From Octopus bimaculoides (Eukaryota), in contig NC_068991.1 of the NCBI RefSeq assembly GCF_001194135.2, forward strand, positions 35,654,753 through 35,718,752: a DNA stretch of 64,000 nt, given 5' to 3'. Below the pieces are notes generated by a model. That model searched no databases. It had not been told where the DNA came from and saw nothing but the letters and a program-made list of their open reading frames with translations. A program made the translations under genes and the position numbers. Shown here one piece after another: positions 13,001 through 25,922 of this stretch. How positions within the stretch are numbered: position 1 is the stretch's first letter; every line of letters begins with the position of its first letter.

Positions 13001-13448
13001 GCTAGGTTTCGATATATCAAGGCTTTCTAAATTTCCATAAAATCAATCCTATCGCTTTAAAGAAACTGGTAAGATTAGAAAGGTATTCTTTTCTCTAAAA
13101 TCAGTATCGACATGGTTTTTCATAAAACTGCTAAACTCGGTTTAAACAACAATAACAGTTTCATATAAATTTCCGGTTGAAGCTTTTGTCTAGAAATTAC
13201 GGTGTTATTTGTATTGGAAAAGACGATGTCGGTGAAACAGTCACAGACTCACCTTCCTGATAGGTTACATTACATTTGAAGTGTTCAAAGAATAGATTTC
13301 GATAAAAAATTAAAAGGAAAAGAAAAGATACAAGGTTAGTGAAGTTCAAGACAGTACTATTAGTGGCGTAAATGAAAAGAAATGATTACTCTTAAGACCC
13401 GAGAGTGGATTGTGATCTCGTTTTTGCTTCTTGCACTATAGTGCTTAC

Positions 13449-13613
13449 CACTTCAACTCCTGGTATTGAACAAAATTCCCTAAGTCGACGTAAAAAAACG
13501 AAGTTCCAGTTGATTTGAATCCGCAGCCTTGTTTCGAGCGCTCGTTGTATTTCATTTGCACTGCAATTTCTCATGATAAAGCTATGAACATTAGATAATC
13601 TTACTTTCTGTCC
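13449..13613 (-). other. Candidate internal coding exon of an unidentified gene
   Basis: Donor GTG|GTAAGC at 13449. Acceptors TTGCAG| (13560) or TTTTAG| (13613). Two frames are open (ANEIQRALETRLRIQINWNFVFLRRLREFCSIPGVEV or QMKYNERSKQGCGFKSTGTSFFYVDLGNFVQYQELKW). No family recognised. Confidence 0.3.
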
Positions 13614-14618
13614 CTAAAATTTGTAACTTTATCGTAAAAATCTTTAACCGAGGAAGGTAATTCACTTTATGGATGCCTGTATATGATGAATCCAATGGGA
13701 GAAATTTGATGCTATACGCTGGACATCCTACAACATATTTTGTAATTAAAGTTCAATTCAAAGCAGAGCCTGTAAATTGGGAGCAACTGTCTATGGATGA
13801 ATATTTCCAGATAATCTAGAACCTACTCCCAAGATCGAGGTGATGCCTTCTACCCAGAAACACAGACACACACCAGCAGTGGATTTGAACTCGCATTTCA
13901 TGAGGTGACAATCGTATTTAGAATTGTTGTTTCTACAGTTAAGATTGTGACTAAGAGAATTTCGCTTATTTTGATGTTGCAGGGTTACAGCAGTGTTGAA
14001 AGTTAGTATAGTATTAAAATGCTGGGTATTCATATCCATTTTTAATGTACTGTTGTATAATGTATTCAACTAAAGCGTGATGAACAGTGCAGCACAAGGT
14101 AATGTAGTGTAATGTAGTATGGTGCAGTAGTTGGCAAGGTTCCAGTACTATCATACGTAATGTAAATGTTAGTTTAAAAGACAAAGGAAATGACTACCTG
14201 TAGCGTTCATGCCTTTTCCAAGGCTATAATAACTGATATCACTGATGATGTCGAATTTTCTGTAAATCTATTCCTTACTTTATAATGAAAGCCATCGTAT
14301 TTCCATAATAACTGATTTGTCCCTTTCACACAAGTGAAGCTAAATGTATCACCCGTTTCTTGCTCCTAATACGTTCCGGTAGATTCAAATGAGCAATGAA
14401 TCGAGTGTCTTGTTAATAAACATTCTCTGAAAGGAGGTTTTCAAAAACAAAATACAACGATTAGCGGACAAGCGTTCGATTATACCGGAACACATTAATA
14501 ATAAATGTATGAATGTATGTATGTATGTATGTATGTATGTATGTATGTATGTATGCATGAGTTCGCAAATTTATACATATAGTCGCAAACGCAAATATAA
14601 AATGTAGATATGTATATA

Positions 14619-15250
14619 TACATGAAGTGATAACCAAAAGAAACCGGAATTTTGCAATATTGTTTTATTCACTTCGTTTCACATGTTTACACTTTATTTG
14701 CTTTCAAATTATTCTCAATTTGAAGAAATGCATCGGTCCAGGCGTATTTTCTACTATTTGAAGAAATACTGGAACTCTTACGAAGTAACGTCTTTAAACT
14801 GTTCCATGATCAGTCAACTGTTCCATGATCAGTTCATGAATTTACGTGATGTTTTCATTTACTCGGAAGGTCGACAATCGTCCTGAACGCGATTGGCCTT
14901 CAAGCGACAAGTCACCATTCCTAAATCGTGGAAACCACTCCCAAACATGTGCTTTGATCATGGCAGCGTCCTTGTGAGTTGTCTGAAGCATGACAACGGT
15001 TTCAGTCGCCGTTTTCCCCAGCAGAAAACAAAATTTCTTTCGGTTCAGCCATCGCAAAAAATCGATCAACAGAGGAGAAGCAGTACAAAAGAAAGACTCA
15101 CAACGTGACAGTATGACTCCACCCAACGATGCCCGTCGGATCCTGATGCTTGTGGGTCGCATCAAGTTGCGTTCAGCGACAAAGCCTGAATTACAGTGGG
15201 CTTGTTCCGCAGAGAACGTTTCTCATTACTTTCGAGTACCCTTTCGTATA
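14619..15250 (-). mobile_element. Internally deleted mariner (Tc1/mariner) derivative
   Basis: ORF 14842-15165 contains KFCFLLGKTATETVVML..HVWEWFPRFRNG..SLEGQSRSGRLST, the mariner N-terminal HTH region. Degenerate TA-flanked terminal inverted repeats. Confidence 0.85.
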
Positions 15251-15271
15251 CATATCTACATACATACATTG

Positions 15272-15326
<55 letters not shown>

Positions 15327-18300
15327 CATATACATATATATAGTAAAATCGACAATGAAGTACAGTGAACTTGCCATGGGCAATGTGTGTGCATATGAGT
15401 GCTTATGCGCCTGGATGTATATCTTGCACGTGTATGTATGAGTATTAATGTCATTTTTTTTATACATACAGCTGCTCATTATTTTCTATTGCGTTATTGC
15501 TTCTATATCGTATTACCTCATATATTATCTCTGAGGACCTAAGTCTCTTGTCATCCTCAGACTGGGATATCTTCGATAGAATAACCACTTACTATAATGA
15601 AGCACTTTCTAGTAGCGGTTTCAATTATAAATAAATATTTAAAGGATAAGATCCACTTACCACAGGGTAGAGTAAATGCAGAAAGGCGGAAGTAAACTGG
15701 TTTAATCTATCACACATCCAAGAATTTCCTGCACGCATTGTCTGGAATTTTAGATCACGTTTTGTACCCACACATATACGCCATAACCTCTTCAATTCAC
15801 TTGTCCTGTAAGAACAAGATCATTTTCTAAATATTACAGTTTCAATATAGCTTCAAATAATGTAAACACATGTATTTCCCAATCAGCTACCAACTTATCA
15901 GCCTATAATAACTGTCAAGAATCTGTCTTCATTTCAACTCAAAAGAAGTCGTATGCCAAACAACCACAAAAGTTCTGGATGGAGTTAAAAGGAACGTGTA
16001 ACGTATAGTATATCCAACATCGAACACTTTCAAGAGTTACTTCTTTCGTTATCTTTAGTTATTTATGTCAAGGAATAGGGAAAATTCCAACTTTCTCAAA
16101 ATTCCTCTGGAACTGAAAGATCAGGAATAGCTATATCTCCCAATAACACAAGAAAATTTTCTTGAAACTACTCTATACCCCATTTGCCTAGTTGAAAAGT
16201 TCAAGATCGTGAATTAACCTGTGACATCTCCTTAACGGAGATCAATTTTATTGTCTACTTGCCGCCATCGCCGATGGTTCCTCTTAGACATGTTTCAAAA
16301 TTTTTGTTTCCAAATGTTGCAATTAATAAAAATCGGTTTTAGCCAGTTCCTGCTGGCCAAGAGGGTAACCACCTCGAAAGAAGTTGTCTTCTTCGACACC
16401 GCCATAACGCAAGAAGAGTAGCTCCGCAATCTGCAACAAATTTGACCAGCTTTAAACAATAAGAATGGTGGCTCTTGTTTATAGAACTCAGCAAGCAAAT
16501 TGTTTGCTGATGTATATTTGTTGATATTTCCCAAACCAATAGTATATTATCATGTGCACTTTATAAATATCCTAATGGAATCATTCAAGTGTATCTGCTA
16601 TATCATCTGAAAAATCACAAAAATATATCTTGTAAGTGTACGTGTATGACTCTTGACTTTTTTAATATATATATGTGTGTATGTATGTATGTGTGTGTGT
16701 GTGTGTGTGTGTGCGTGCGCGCGCGCGAGTGCGTGTGAGTGTGTGCATGTGTGAATGTGTATACTGTGTGTGCGTTAGGACCCTACATCTCTTCTTTCGG
16801 ACGTGTCCACGACAGGTCTTGAACTAGAACTAGGAACGTATGAAGTACTTATATTGCTGTTCGTAGTTGTCCCCCTTGCAAGCTCAATTAGTGAATAATG
16901 TAATTGAGCAATGTACTGTTATTTCTAATGTTAACCACATCGCAAATAATCAAGTTCATATCTTACATACAGTAAGATTGACCAGGTCTTTGAGGATAAA
17001 AAACAAATTGCCAACTGTTTGTTTTCTTGTACAATGCACATATTTCTGAGTGTGTAAAAGATACTTTATTCAGTAGATAATGTGTTCACATATACAAGGG
17101 CAGAAACAAATAATTGCCTTCAAATTAATCCTTTCATTTGTCCCATGATTCCATTGAGCTGGAAGTATCTACTGCTGGTTTCTACAGTATTAGGTTAAGA
17201 CGGAATATTTCTGGATAGGTGATCAATTTGTTGCTGGTATTTTCCACCGAAGTTCTTCATATACTTTTAAATTAAGGCAAGAAAAGAATGTCCAAATCTG
17301 ATATAAGCGAAGTGCATGTAGGATCCTGACATCATGTTAATTAGGTTCCGATCGATGGATGACAATACTACTTAATGTTCCAGGAAGTAGTTATTTTTTC
17401 CAGTGGAAGAATTGCTTGATGCGGTATTTACCAACCATTTGTAAAACTGATGTTTATATTTTTATATTGATGAAAATCCAACGTAATGTTATAGTGTTAT
17501 GCAGTGATGCGAATATTCTTTAAAGGTAGATGAAACGGATGAAGAAAAAAGGGACAAGTGAGGGGAAAAGAATCATACTTAAATGTAGAATAAATATTAG
17601 GTTAAAGAAAGAGTGACACACTAACATATTTATATGGGAAATATACTGAAAAAGGATATAATGAAGAGAAGAGCAAACTCACATAGGTGATATGGAATGA
17701 AAAAGCATACACAAATATAAAGTGTCTTGTATAGAGAAAGGGTAAGAAGAAAGAAAACCAAAAAGAGATGCTTATACATTTAATTAGATGCAATGAAGTG
17801 GAGTAAAAATAGAAAGGACAAGTCATACATATTGAGAGATCAAATAAGAAAGAAATGGAAACGGAACAAAAATGAAAACAATAACGAAAGAATAAGTGAA
17901 TGAATGAAATACAATACAAAAACAAACAAACAAGAAGAAAGGTTGCAGTTTTTATGAACAGAGAAAGTGAGGCTGTGCCACTTCTCTCACAACTAGTAAA
18001 GATAGCTGTAGACAACACCTAGGGAATGTATGAATACATGGAGAGATGTATATCAACAAAAAGATAATATACATGTACAGATTGGAGAGCGTACCTGCCA
18101 GGGGAGGGAATCATCTATAAGCATAAATAGGTTGTTATAGAAAGAAATATATGTAGACCCGGTTGCTGTTTACATAAAAAGTGGATAAATATACATAAAC
18201 ATAAATTAATCCATAAAGTCAGAGAAGTGTGTGATAAGAAACTGAGAGAAAGAGAGTGGGTGACGGAGAGGGAGAAAGAAAAGAGGGGGAGAAAGAAGAG

Positions 18301-18823
18301 AAGGGAAGAAAGAAGAGAAGGGAAAAAGAAGAGAGGCAGAGAAAAAAGAAAAGGGGAGAAAGAAGAAAGGCAAGAAAGAGAGAGGCGAAGTGTGAAAGGG
18401 GAAGTGAGAGAGAGAGAGGAAATGAAAGAGGAAGTGAGAGAGAGAGGAAGAGCGCGCATGCACGTGCGCGCACGCAAGAGAGAGATCCATGTATATAGAA
18501 AGGTACGCTTGGTCGTTCGGACAAACGTCATAGTAAGTATTGAGCTAAACAGTGAAAAACATCGTTAAGTAGACAAACAAGGTAATGATTTCATCACGAT
18601 TTTTAATACTTCACTCATTAAATATTTTAACATTAACTTAACTATTGCTGCCTCCTTGATAGTGCTTGAGCTGTTTAATATCTGAACGATTCTCTTTTCT
18701 TACGACAATGATGGTACGAATTTAGTAATTCATTCTTCACTTCTACCAGTAGGGTGAAGCTATACTTCACAGAAGAGCTCAGAATTAATTCAAAGTATAT
18801 CATGAGTTGCCTCCGCTTACTTA

Positions 18824-18887
<64 letters not shown>

Positions 18888-19352
18888 GTATATATAGATA
18901 TAGGGCAGAGAATTGCCAATTAGTTAATAAAATTAATAATTANNNNNNNNNNNNNNNNNNNNNNNNNNNNNNNNNNNNNNNNNNNNNNNNNNNNNNNNNN
19001 NNNNNNNNNNNNNNNNNNNNNNNNNNNNNNNNNNNNNNNNNNNNNNNNNNNNNNNNNNNNNNNNNNNNNNNNNNNNNNNNNNNNNNNNNNNNNNNNNNNN
19101 NNNNNNNNNNNNNNNNNNNNNNNNNNNNNNNNNNNNNNNNNNNNNNNNNNNNNNNNNNNNNNNNNNNNNNNNNNNNNNNNNNNNNNNNNNNNNNNNNNNN
19201 NNNNNNNNNNNNNNNNNNNNNNNNNNNNNNNNNNNNNNNNNNNNNNCATGATATACACAATAAATCCGAAAATGCTAAATTCACCCATGTATATGTGACC
19301 ATGCGACATCACTTATCACATGAGAAGAAGAAATCAGCATCAACGAATTTAC

Positions 19353-19420
19353 CGACCAGTAAGTTCCGTATCCCTCCTCAAAATTGACCCATGTGCGCCA
19401 CAAATAGTCCCGCAGAAATA
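19353..19420 (-). other. Candidate 68-nt exon (FLRDYLWRTWVNFEEGYGTYWS)
   Basis: CTGCAG| acceptor and TCG|GTAAAT donor; weak resemblance to the fibrinogen-domain R.W..Y..GFG motif. Other frames and the other strand are also plausible. Confidence 0.2.
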
Positions 19421-20469
19421 CTGCAGTTTAACCATCCAAGGGAAGATCATCAATATATAGATATAGGGCAGAGAATTGCCAATTAGTTAATAAAATTAAT
19501 AATTAACAATTTTGCCAAGTAGTTCAGTATGCAAAAAACCTTTATCGGTAAAACTATTTATAATTATAAACATATAGGGATCAGCATGAGTTGCCTCACC
19601 AACATAATTATATATATGTATATATATATACACACGTGTGTGTGCGTGTGTATTTGTGTGTGTATACATATATGTTTATATATGAAATTCAACTAATGGC
19701 CTTCGCGCGTGTGGTGTATCTAAGAAAGTAACTTCGATGATTTATTTTCTATAAATAGAAAGATGTATTTGATTATACATTTTTAGAGTGTTTTTGAATG
19801 TTTATGCATATTTACTCATGTGTGAATAGTCTTGTTTGTGAGCGTGAGTGTGCGTATGTGTGTTGTATCCATGAGCATAGACTGACCATGACATCGGAGA
19901 ATAGCAGACCTAAACCACAAGAAAACTACAAATGGTCATCAGATTGAGACGAATGTAATCATTTGGCGTAATTACTAAAAAAGCTGTAACTCAGCAAAAG
20001 ACTGTAAGGATAACGAAATTAAATGGAGGATACGGAACGGTAGCTAATATCGATATGACATTAAAGTTTGTTGAAAAATCAATCTTATTTACTGACAACT
20101 TTTTACATGATACACAACACTTAGCCGGGAACATTAAGGGCAATATGCCTATATAAATAATACTGCGAAAGAGTAATATATAAAAACAATAAATGCATTT
20201 ATAGACACACATATGCCTACACATTTAAATACATACATAGGTGTATATATATATATAGATACACATAGATACGCAAAAATACATACATTCATTCCTACAT
20301 GCATATATAGATATATACATACAAAGAAAATCGAGCTATTTGGTCTCCAAATATTTGAGAAATCATTGAAAATGATCAAAATCATTCAAATGAAGATAAA
20401 TTGCGAGGAAATGAGACCAAGAGAGCGGAACATAACAGAAGAGATTACCAAGTATCTGTTATATTACGT

Positions 20470-20470
20470 T

Positions 20471-20567
<97 letters not shown>

Positions 20568-20570
20568 ACA
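20470..20570 (+). repeat. (CA)n microsatellite at the 3' end of the RTE
   Basis: Direct reading. Confidence 0.95.
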
Positions 20571-20599
20571 CACGCACGCAAACATTCATGCATACATAC

Positions 20600-21595
20600 A
20601 TGCATGGTGATTGTCTACTCCTTTTGCAGAGTTTGACCACCTCCTGTACCCACACCTTAGAACCATCATGGCATCTGATGTAGCTTTTTAAACCAGACAA
20701 TGTTCTGAAAAGACACCCACATAGATTGCACGATCGATTTGGGCCACCAAGAGCTGCGGATAAGTTCTGATCTTTGTGGATCTTAAAATGTCTTTTAAGG
20801 CCTCCGCTAGATTTGCAAACCTTCTGGCATACACTGTATTCAAAGGTGTGCACAGACATATAATCAGAATAGTTGGTGAAGGTTCGTTTTCTATGGGTTC
20901 GCAGATGAGATTTGAGCCCAGCAAAAGAAAGGCATTGTCTATCACAAACTGTGCACACAAAAAGGTCATTGTGATTCACCTTCTCGATCGTAACATTCTT
21001 CCTTAAATCTCTCTTGAGTCTTGCATACGTAATTCAGGCCTCTTCAAACGCTTTCATCCACTCCACACTTTTGTTCGCCATCCAGCTCGATCCGAAGCAA
21101 GGGTTTCTATGTCCTTTGGATCCATTCCAAGTGACATCATAGTAGTCCTTACGCCGTCCTTAACCTCTTTTTAGGTTTACACCGATAGCGTGTCCCCTCT
21201 GCTAGCTCACCATAAAACAGCTGTTTGGGCATGCGGTTATCCGCCATTCGAACAATATGGCTACACCATCTCATTTCGTTTCTCAAAATCATAGCTTTAA
21301 TTGAGGTGATGCCTGCAGATGCAAGGACAACTGTATTTGGAGTAAAAGAACTCCATTTAAAGTTTAAAATGCGATGAAGGCATTTTTGGTGGAATTGTTC
21401 TAACAATTTAAAATGCCTTTCATAACAAGTCCATGTTTCACAGGAATACAACAGGGATGGTATGACAAATGATTTGTAAAGAGCCAGCTTTGTATTGTTA
21501 TTTAAATGTCGCTGGCACCAAACGCCTGACTCCAAGCCAGCAAATGGTTTTGCTGCCGTTTGAATTCGCACCTGTATTTCTGTATCAAGATTTCC
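20600..21595 (-). mobile_element. 3' portion of an RTE-clade LINE (RT thumb and C-terminus with three C2H2 fingers)
   Basis: EIQVRIQTAAKPF..L...VW..TKLALYKSFVIPSLLYSCETWT..LEQFHQKCLHRIL..W..NTVVL..RWCSHIVRMADNRMPKQLFYGEL is the classic RTE ORF tail. It continues via frameshifts into CTVCDRQCLSFAGLKSHLRTH and two further fingers. Confidence 0.92.
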
Positions 21596-22234
21596 ACACA
21601 TATATATACATATATACAAATATAGATACTCATATACATATATATATANNNNNNNNNNNNNNNNNNNNNNNNNNNNNNNNNNNNNNNNNNNNNNNNNNNN
21701 NNNNNNNNNNNNNNNNNNNNNNNNNNNNNNNNNNNNNNNNNNNNNNNNNNNNNNNNNNNNNNNNNNNNNNNNNNNNNNNNNNNNNNNNNTATATATATAT
21801 ATATATATGCATATACATCTATAAATATAGACATACAAGGATATATATATTCATATAGACATACATACATTCACATCCAACCATATATACACATATTTGT
21901 AAATGTACGTACATATCTTCTATTTTCGATCCTATACTTGCTTCTTTCTTTAGATTCCGGTCATGATGGAGCACCTCCTTGAAGTGTTTACTTGAAGAAA
22001 TTCCTATCACTGACAAATTTAAATGAACGTTTTTCCCTCTAATCCTATACCAACTCTTAATTTAGTAATCTCTTACTTACATTTCAACTTCTCTCTCATC
22101 TTAATTTTTCCTTACATCTCATAAAACTCCTCCTCTTCATTTCATTTCTCTTTTTTTTTCTACGTGTCTCACTAAGCTACATTTTCCTATTACTTCCTGT
22201 CTACTAATGAAGCTAGTCTTCCGTTCATCATCAC

Positions 22235-24780
22235 TTGCGCCCAGGATGTAAAACTTTGCTGTCTTTCTTTAACACCCTTGTCAACTTTTTCCTGGAGATG
22301 GACGCTGTTCAAGACGTCGGATTTTTTTATTCCCCACGGCTATATCACTGTACTATTTCCGTTAATTTCTCTGGACCGCCTTCTCCCTGGACCGCCTTCT
22401 CCCACTCGCTTATTCCATCCATTTCTCCCTACGTTTCATACTCCCTTTTAAACCATATTTTCCACGATTTTCTCGCTCGCACTAAACAACATAAACTCCA
22501 CTCACTCTTTCATTCTGTCCCACCCGATTCCACTACACCTACCCCTCCCCCTTTTCCGATCCACTCCCCCCTTATCCTCTCTCCCACACTCCCATTACTC
22601 CAGCTCCTACACACTTCCTCCTCTCTCTCCTCCCAGCCTTCGACTACCTCCACCACCTCTCCACATCCAACTCATCAACATCTCCCCACTCAGTCTGTTG
22701 TTACCGTTCCTTCTGATCTTCCCCTCTCTGAGGCGGTGTGCTCTCTTCTCAGTAAAAGTCTGTGCTTCATCCCCCCATTCCATCCCGTAACGAGTTTCAG
22801 ACCCATGCTTATATTCATAGCTTTGTGCGCCGCGTCAGGCTATATGCCCTATTCCAAAACACTCCACCTGCATCTAATGAAGAGGATTGCTTCACCGACC
22901 TGGGCCACCGACCATCTCACTGGATGCCAGCTCCTGGCTAATTCCAAGCAGTTGATCATTTTGCAAGCATCTGCCAACGTGTTGTGGATCAGTTCAACTT
23001 TTGCAAGCGTCCCCGACATTTCAACATCTCCCCAGCCGAACTCTCGGCATTTCGATGTCTCCAACGCCGCAAAGATAGCATCATAAAACCGGCCGACAAG
23101 GGAGGAGCCGTTGTGGTGTGACGCGCAGACCTTTACAAGGCTGAAGCTCTCCGCCAACTTTAAGACACCTCCTTCTATTGCCCTCCACGCCTAACTACCA
23201 ATAGACCGTGTCCTCCACTATCCATGACCTCATTTCCTCCTCCCGTGTTCCTCCCACCGACTCCAATCTCATTGTCCGCATTCCACGCACCCCTACCATT
23301 TACTTCCTTCTCAAAATTCTCGAGTCCAAGAGCCCTGGCTGCCCCATCGTCTTTGCCTGCAATTGCCCCACGGAATCGATCTCTAAATACCTCGACTGTG
23401 TCCTTGTCCCCCTAGTGCCTTCCCTCCCTACCAGCATCTACGACACTAACAATGTTGTCCGTCTCTTTAACTCTTTCTCCTTCCTTTCTGCCCCTCTAAA
23501 CTTCTCTTCACTATTGATATCAAGAGCTTATATACAGTGAACCCACACAACGAAGGACTGCTTGCGCTGAAACACTGTCTGGACCTTCGACCTGACGCCC
23601 AACCTGACACCTCCACACTTCTTCGTCTGGCCGAACTTATTCTCTCTCTCAAGCGCTTCTCGTTCGCGAGGAATTTTTACCAACAGATCTCTCAGGAGTG
23701 GCCATGGGAACGAAAATGGACCCCAACTATGCGAAGGCTCAAATAGTCTCACAATTCACTGGTTCCATTCCCGAACTATACGGTCGTTATATCGATGACT
23801 GTATCGGTGCGACCTCACTTTTTAGCGAACAACTAGACTCCTTCCTCTCTTTTGTCCAATCCTTCCATCCTGCTCTCGAATTCTCCTGCACTATTTCTAA
23901 CTCTTCCATCGAATTTCTCGACATTTCTGTCAGCATACAACACTCCACTCTTTATACCTCTATCCACTACAAACACACTGACTCACACTCCTACCTTAAC
24001 TTCTCCTCCTACAACCCTACCCACACTAAGCTTTCCATCCCCAACCCGCCCCGACGTTGCCCGTCTCTCGTTTTCCCTCACCTACCACCCCACTATCCTG
24101 CCCCTCCAACGCACCATTCTCTGAACCTTCCAGAGGTCCATAACCTACGTGACCTCCTGGTCCTCAGTTTCTCCCCTAATCCCACCTCCCACGCTATCGT
24201 ACCTGCCCCTACCTCCCCAACAACACCATCCTCACAGGCACCCATCATCTTCCCAATCGCATCACCAATTCCTTTATCTGCACTTCTAGTAACGTCATTT
24301 ACTGCATCTTCTGTTCTTTCTGCCCTTCTCTGTACATCGGTCAAACCGGTTCGTGGAGCACCTCCGCGATATCAGACTCGGAAATGACACCCCGGCCTCG
24401 CGCCATTTCCGCTCTACTGGTCATTCATTACAACATCTGTCTGTGTTCGGACTGTCTTTGCAGAGGGGACCATCCGGACTCCCACCATCGCCGTGAACAA
24501 GAATTAATCCTTTCTCTCTTCGCGCTTTTGCACCACATGGGCTCAACTCCCTTCCTCTCTTCATCTTACACCTACCTCTTCTCTTCACTCCTATCTACCT
24601 CCTCTCTTCATTGATATCAACATCAAATACCTCTGTTTATTTTCTCTTATATTTTTCTGTTGAAGAGTGTAGGCTCGAAACATAAAAGACTTTTTCATTT
24701 TCCCGAGCGTCAAACTAATACACCTGCTTGTTGTTCATACACCTGTCTTCGTCTTCTGTTTTTCTATAAATTTCAACTAT
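22235..24780 (+). mobile_element. Near full-length, frameshifted Penelope-like element (RT and GIY-YIG, Neptune-like) with 3' pseudo-LTR
   Basis: Motifs across frames: IIKPADKGGAVVVW, PTIYFLLKI..CPIV, DIKSLYT.NPH.EGL.AL, GVAMGTKM.PNYA, RYIDD, IEFLDI, HYK.TDSHSYL. Then CTSSNVIYCIFC..C..LYIGQTG (GIY-YIG with adjacent Cys cluster) and RHF..GHS..RREQELI. The terminal repeat ends at (TA)n and a gap. Confidence 0.92.
24652..24690 (+). ncRNA. Minimal type I hammerhead-like motif in PLE pseudo-LTR (A6->U variant)
   Basis: TTTT-CTGTTGA-A-GAGT GTAG GCTC-GAAA-CA-TA-AAAGAC: stem II hairpin, GAAA, minimal stem III, UH, and stem I pairing. Confidence 0.5.
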
Positions 24781-25805
24781 ATANNNNNNNNNNNNNNNNN
24801 NNNNNNNNNNNNNNNNNNNNNNNNNNNNNNNNNNNNNNNNNNNNNNNNNNNNNNNNNNNNNNNNNNNNNNNNNNNNNNNNNNNNNNNNNNNNNNNNNNNN
24901 NNNNNNNNNNNNNNNNNNNNNNNNNNNNNNNNNNNNNNNNNNNNNNNNNNNNNNNNNNNNNNNNNNNNNNNNNNNNNNNNNNNNNNNNNNNNNNNNNNNN
25001 NNNNNNNNNNNNNNNNNNNNNNNNNNNNNNNNNNNNNNNNNNNNNNNNNNNNNNNNNNNNNNNNNNNNNNNNNNNNNNNNNNNNNNNNNNNNNNNNNNNN
25101 NNNNNNNNNNNNNNNNNNNNNNNNNNNNNNNNNNNNNNNNNNNNNNNNNNNNNNNNNNNNNNNNNNNNNNNNNNNNNNNNNNNNNNNNNNNNNNNNNNNN
25201 NNNNNNNNNNNNNNNNNNNNNNNNNNNNNNNNNNNNNNNNNNNNNNNNNNNNNNTATATATATACATACATACATACATACATACATACATACATACATA
25301 CACACACATATACATGTTTTCATGTCAGTGTGCATGTGTATGAGTATGTGTGTAGACAGTATATATAAGGAACTTCATCGTTATTTAAATTCCACATTTC
25401 ACAACCTACAGAATATTTGTACTAAGTTTCAAATGCCATGGAAAACAGAAAATACATTTATTCTTTCATTACTTCACATTGCAATTTATATTCCTCAAAT
25501 ATCGTGTTTTATACTCTATAATCCGAAATGATAATTTTTTATAATGATTGAACATATTTTCCATTTTATAAGAATGAGCATTCTGATTCATAAGACACAG
25601 TACCTGAATATTTTTGAAGCACAAGCAAATTTACATATGAAACAATGGAAGAATGAACTATTTTCAATCTTCTGTAGTATTTGAAACCTCGTACTAATTA
25701 ATGGGAAATTTCGATTAGATATTTATATCTTTGTCAGCTTCTGCACAATATTCAACTTCATTTCAGGATCTCTGAACGATTGTTAGATATGTCTGCGTAA
25801 CATAC

Positions 25806-25922
25806 TTCATAGCTGGCCAGAGAAGATGCGTCTTGGAAGATGCTACGGTGTAGAACAGTATCTTGGGAAATGCTGTAGATTTGCATTCCCCAAACATGAT
25901 GAAGAGCCTCCTTGCTATTAGC
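25806..25922 (-). other. Candidate 117-nt symmetric exon of an unidentified gene
   Basis: AAACAG|GCT acceptor and GAA|GTATGT donor; 39 codons open (ANSKEALHHVWGMQIYSISQDTVLHRSIFQDASSLASYE), and a second frame is also open. GC-richer than the flanks. Confidence 0.35.

Noticed and set aside
16200-16620. Exon or MADF-like ORF
   Set aside because: Stops in all frames after the best acceptor, and no recognisable motif; left unassigned.
19380-19445. Trypsin-like PWMVKLQYFCGTI motif on the minus strand
   Set aside because: Too short, stops soon after, no catalytic His/Asp/Ser context.
18895-19505. 50-bp direct repeat (18895-18943 and 19455-19504) as an element boundary
   Set aside because: The first copy ends exactly at an N-gap, which is most simply a scaffolding overlap artefact.
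20470-20979. Host C2H2 zinc-finger gene
   Set aside because: Contiguous with the RTE RT tail and followed by the element's microsatellite end; no typical TGEKP linkers.
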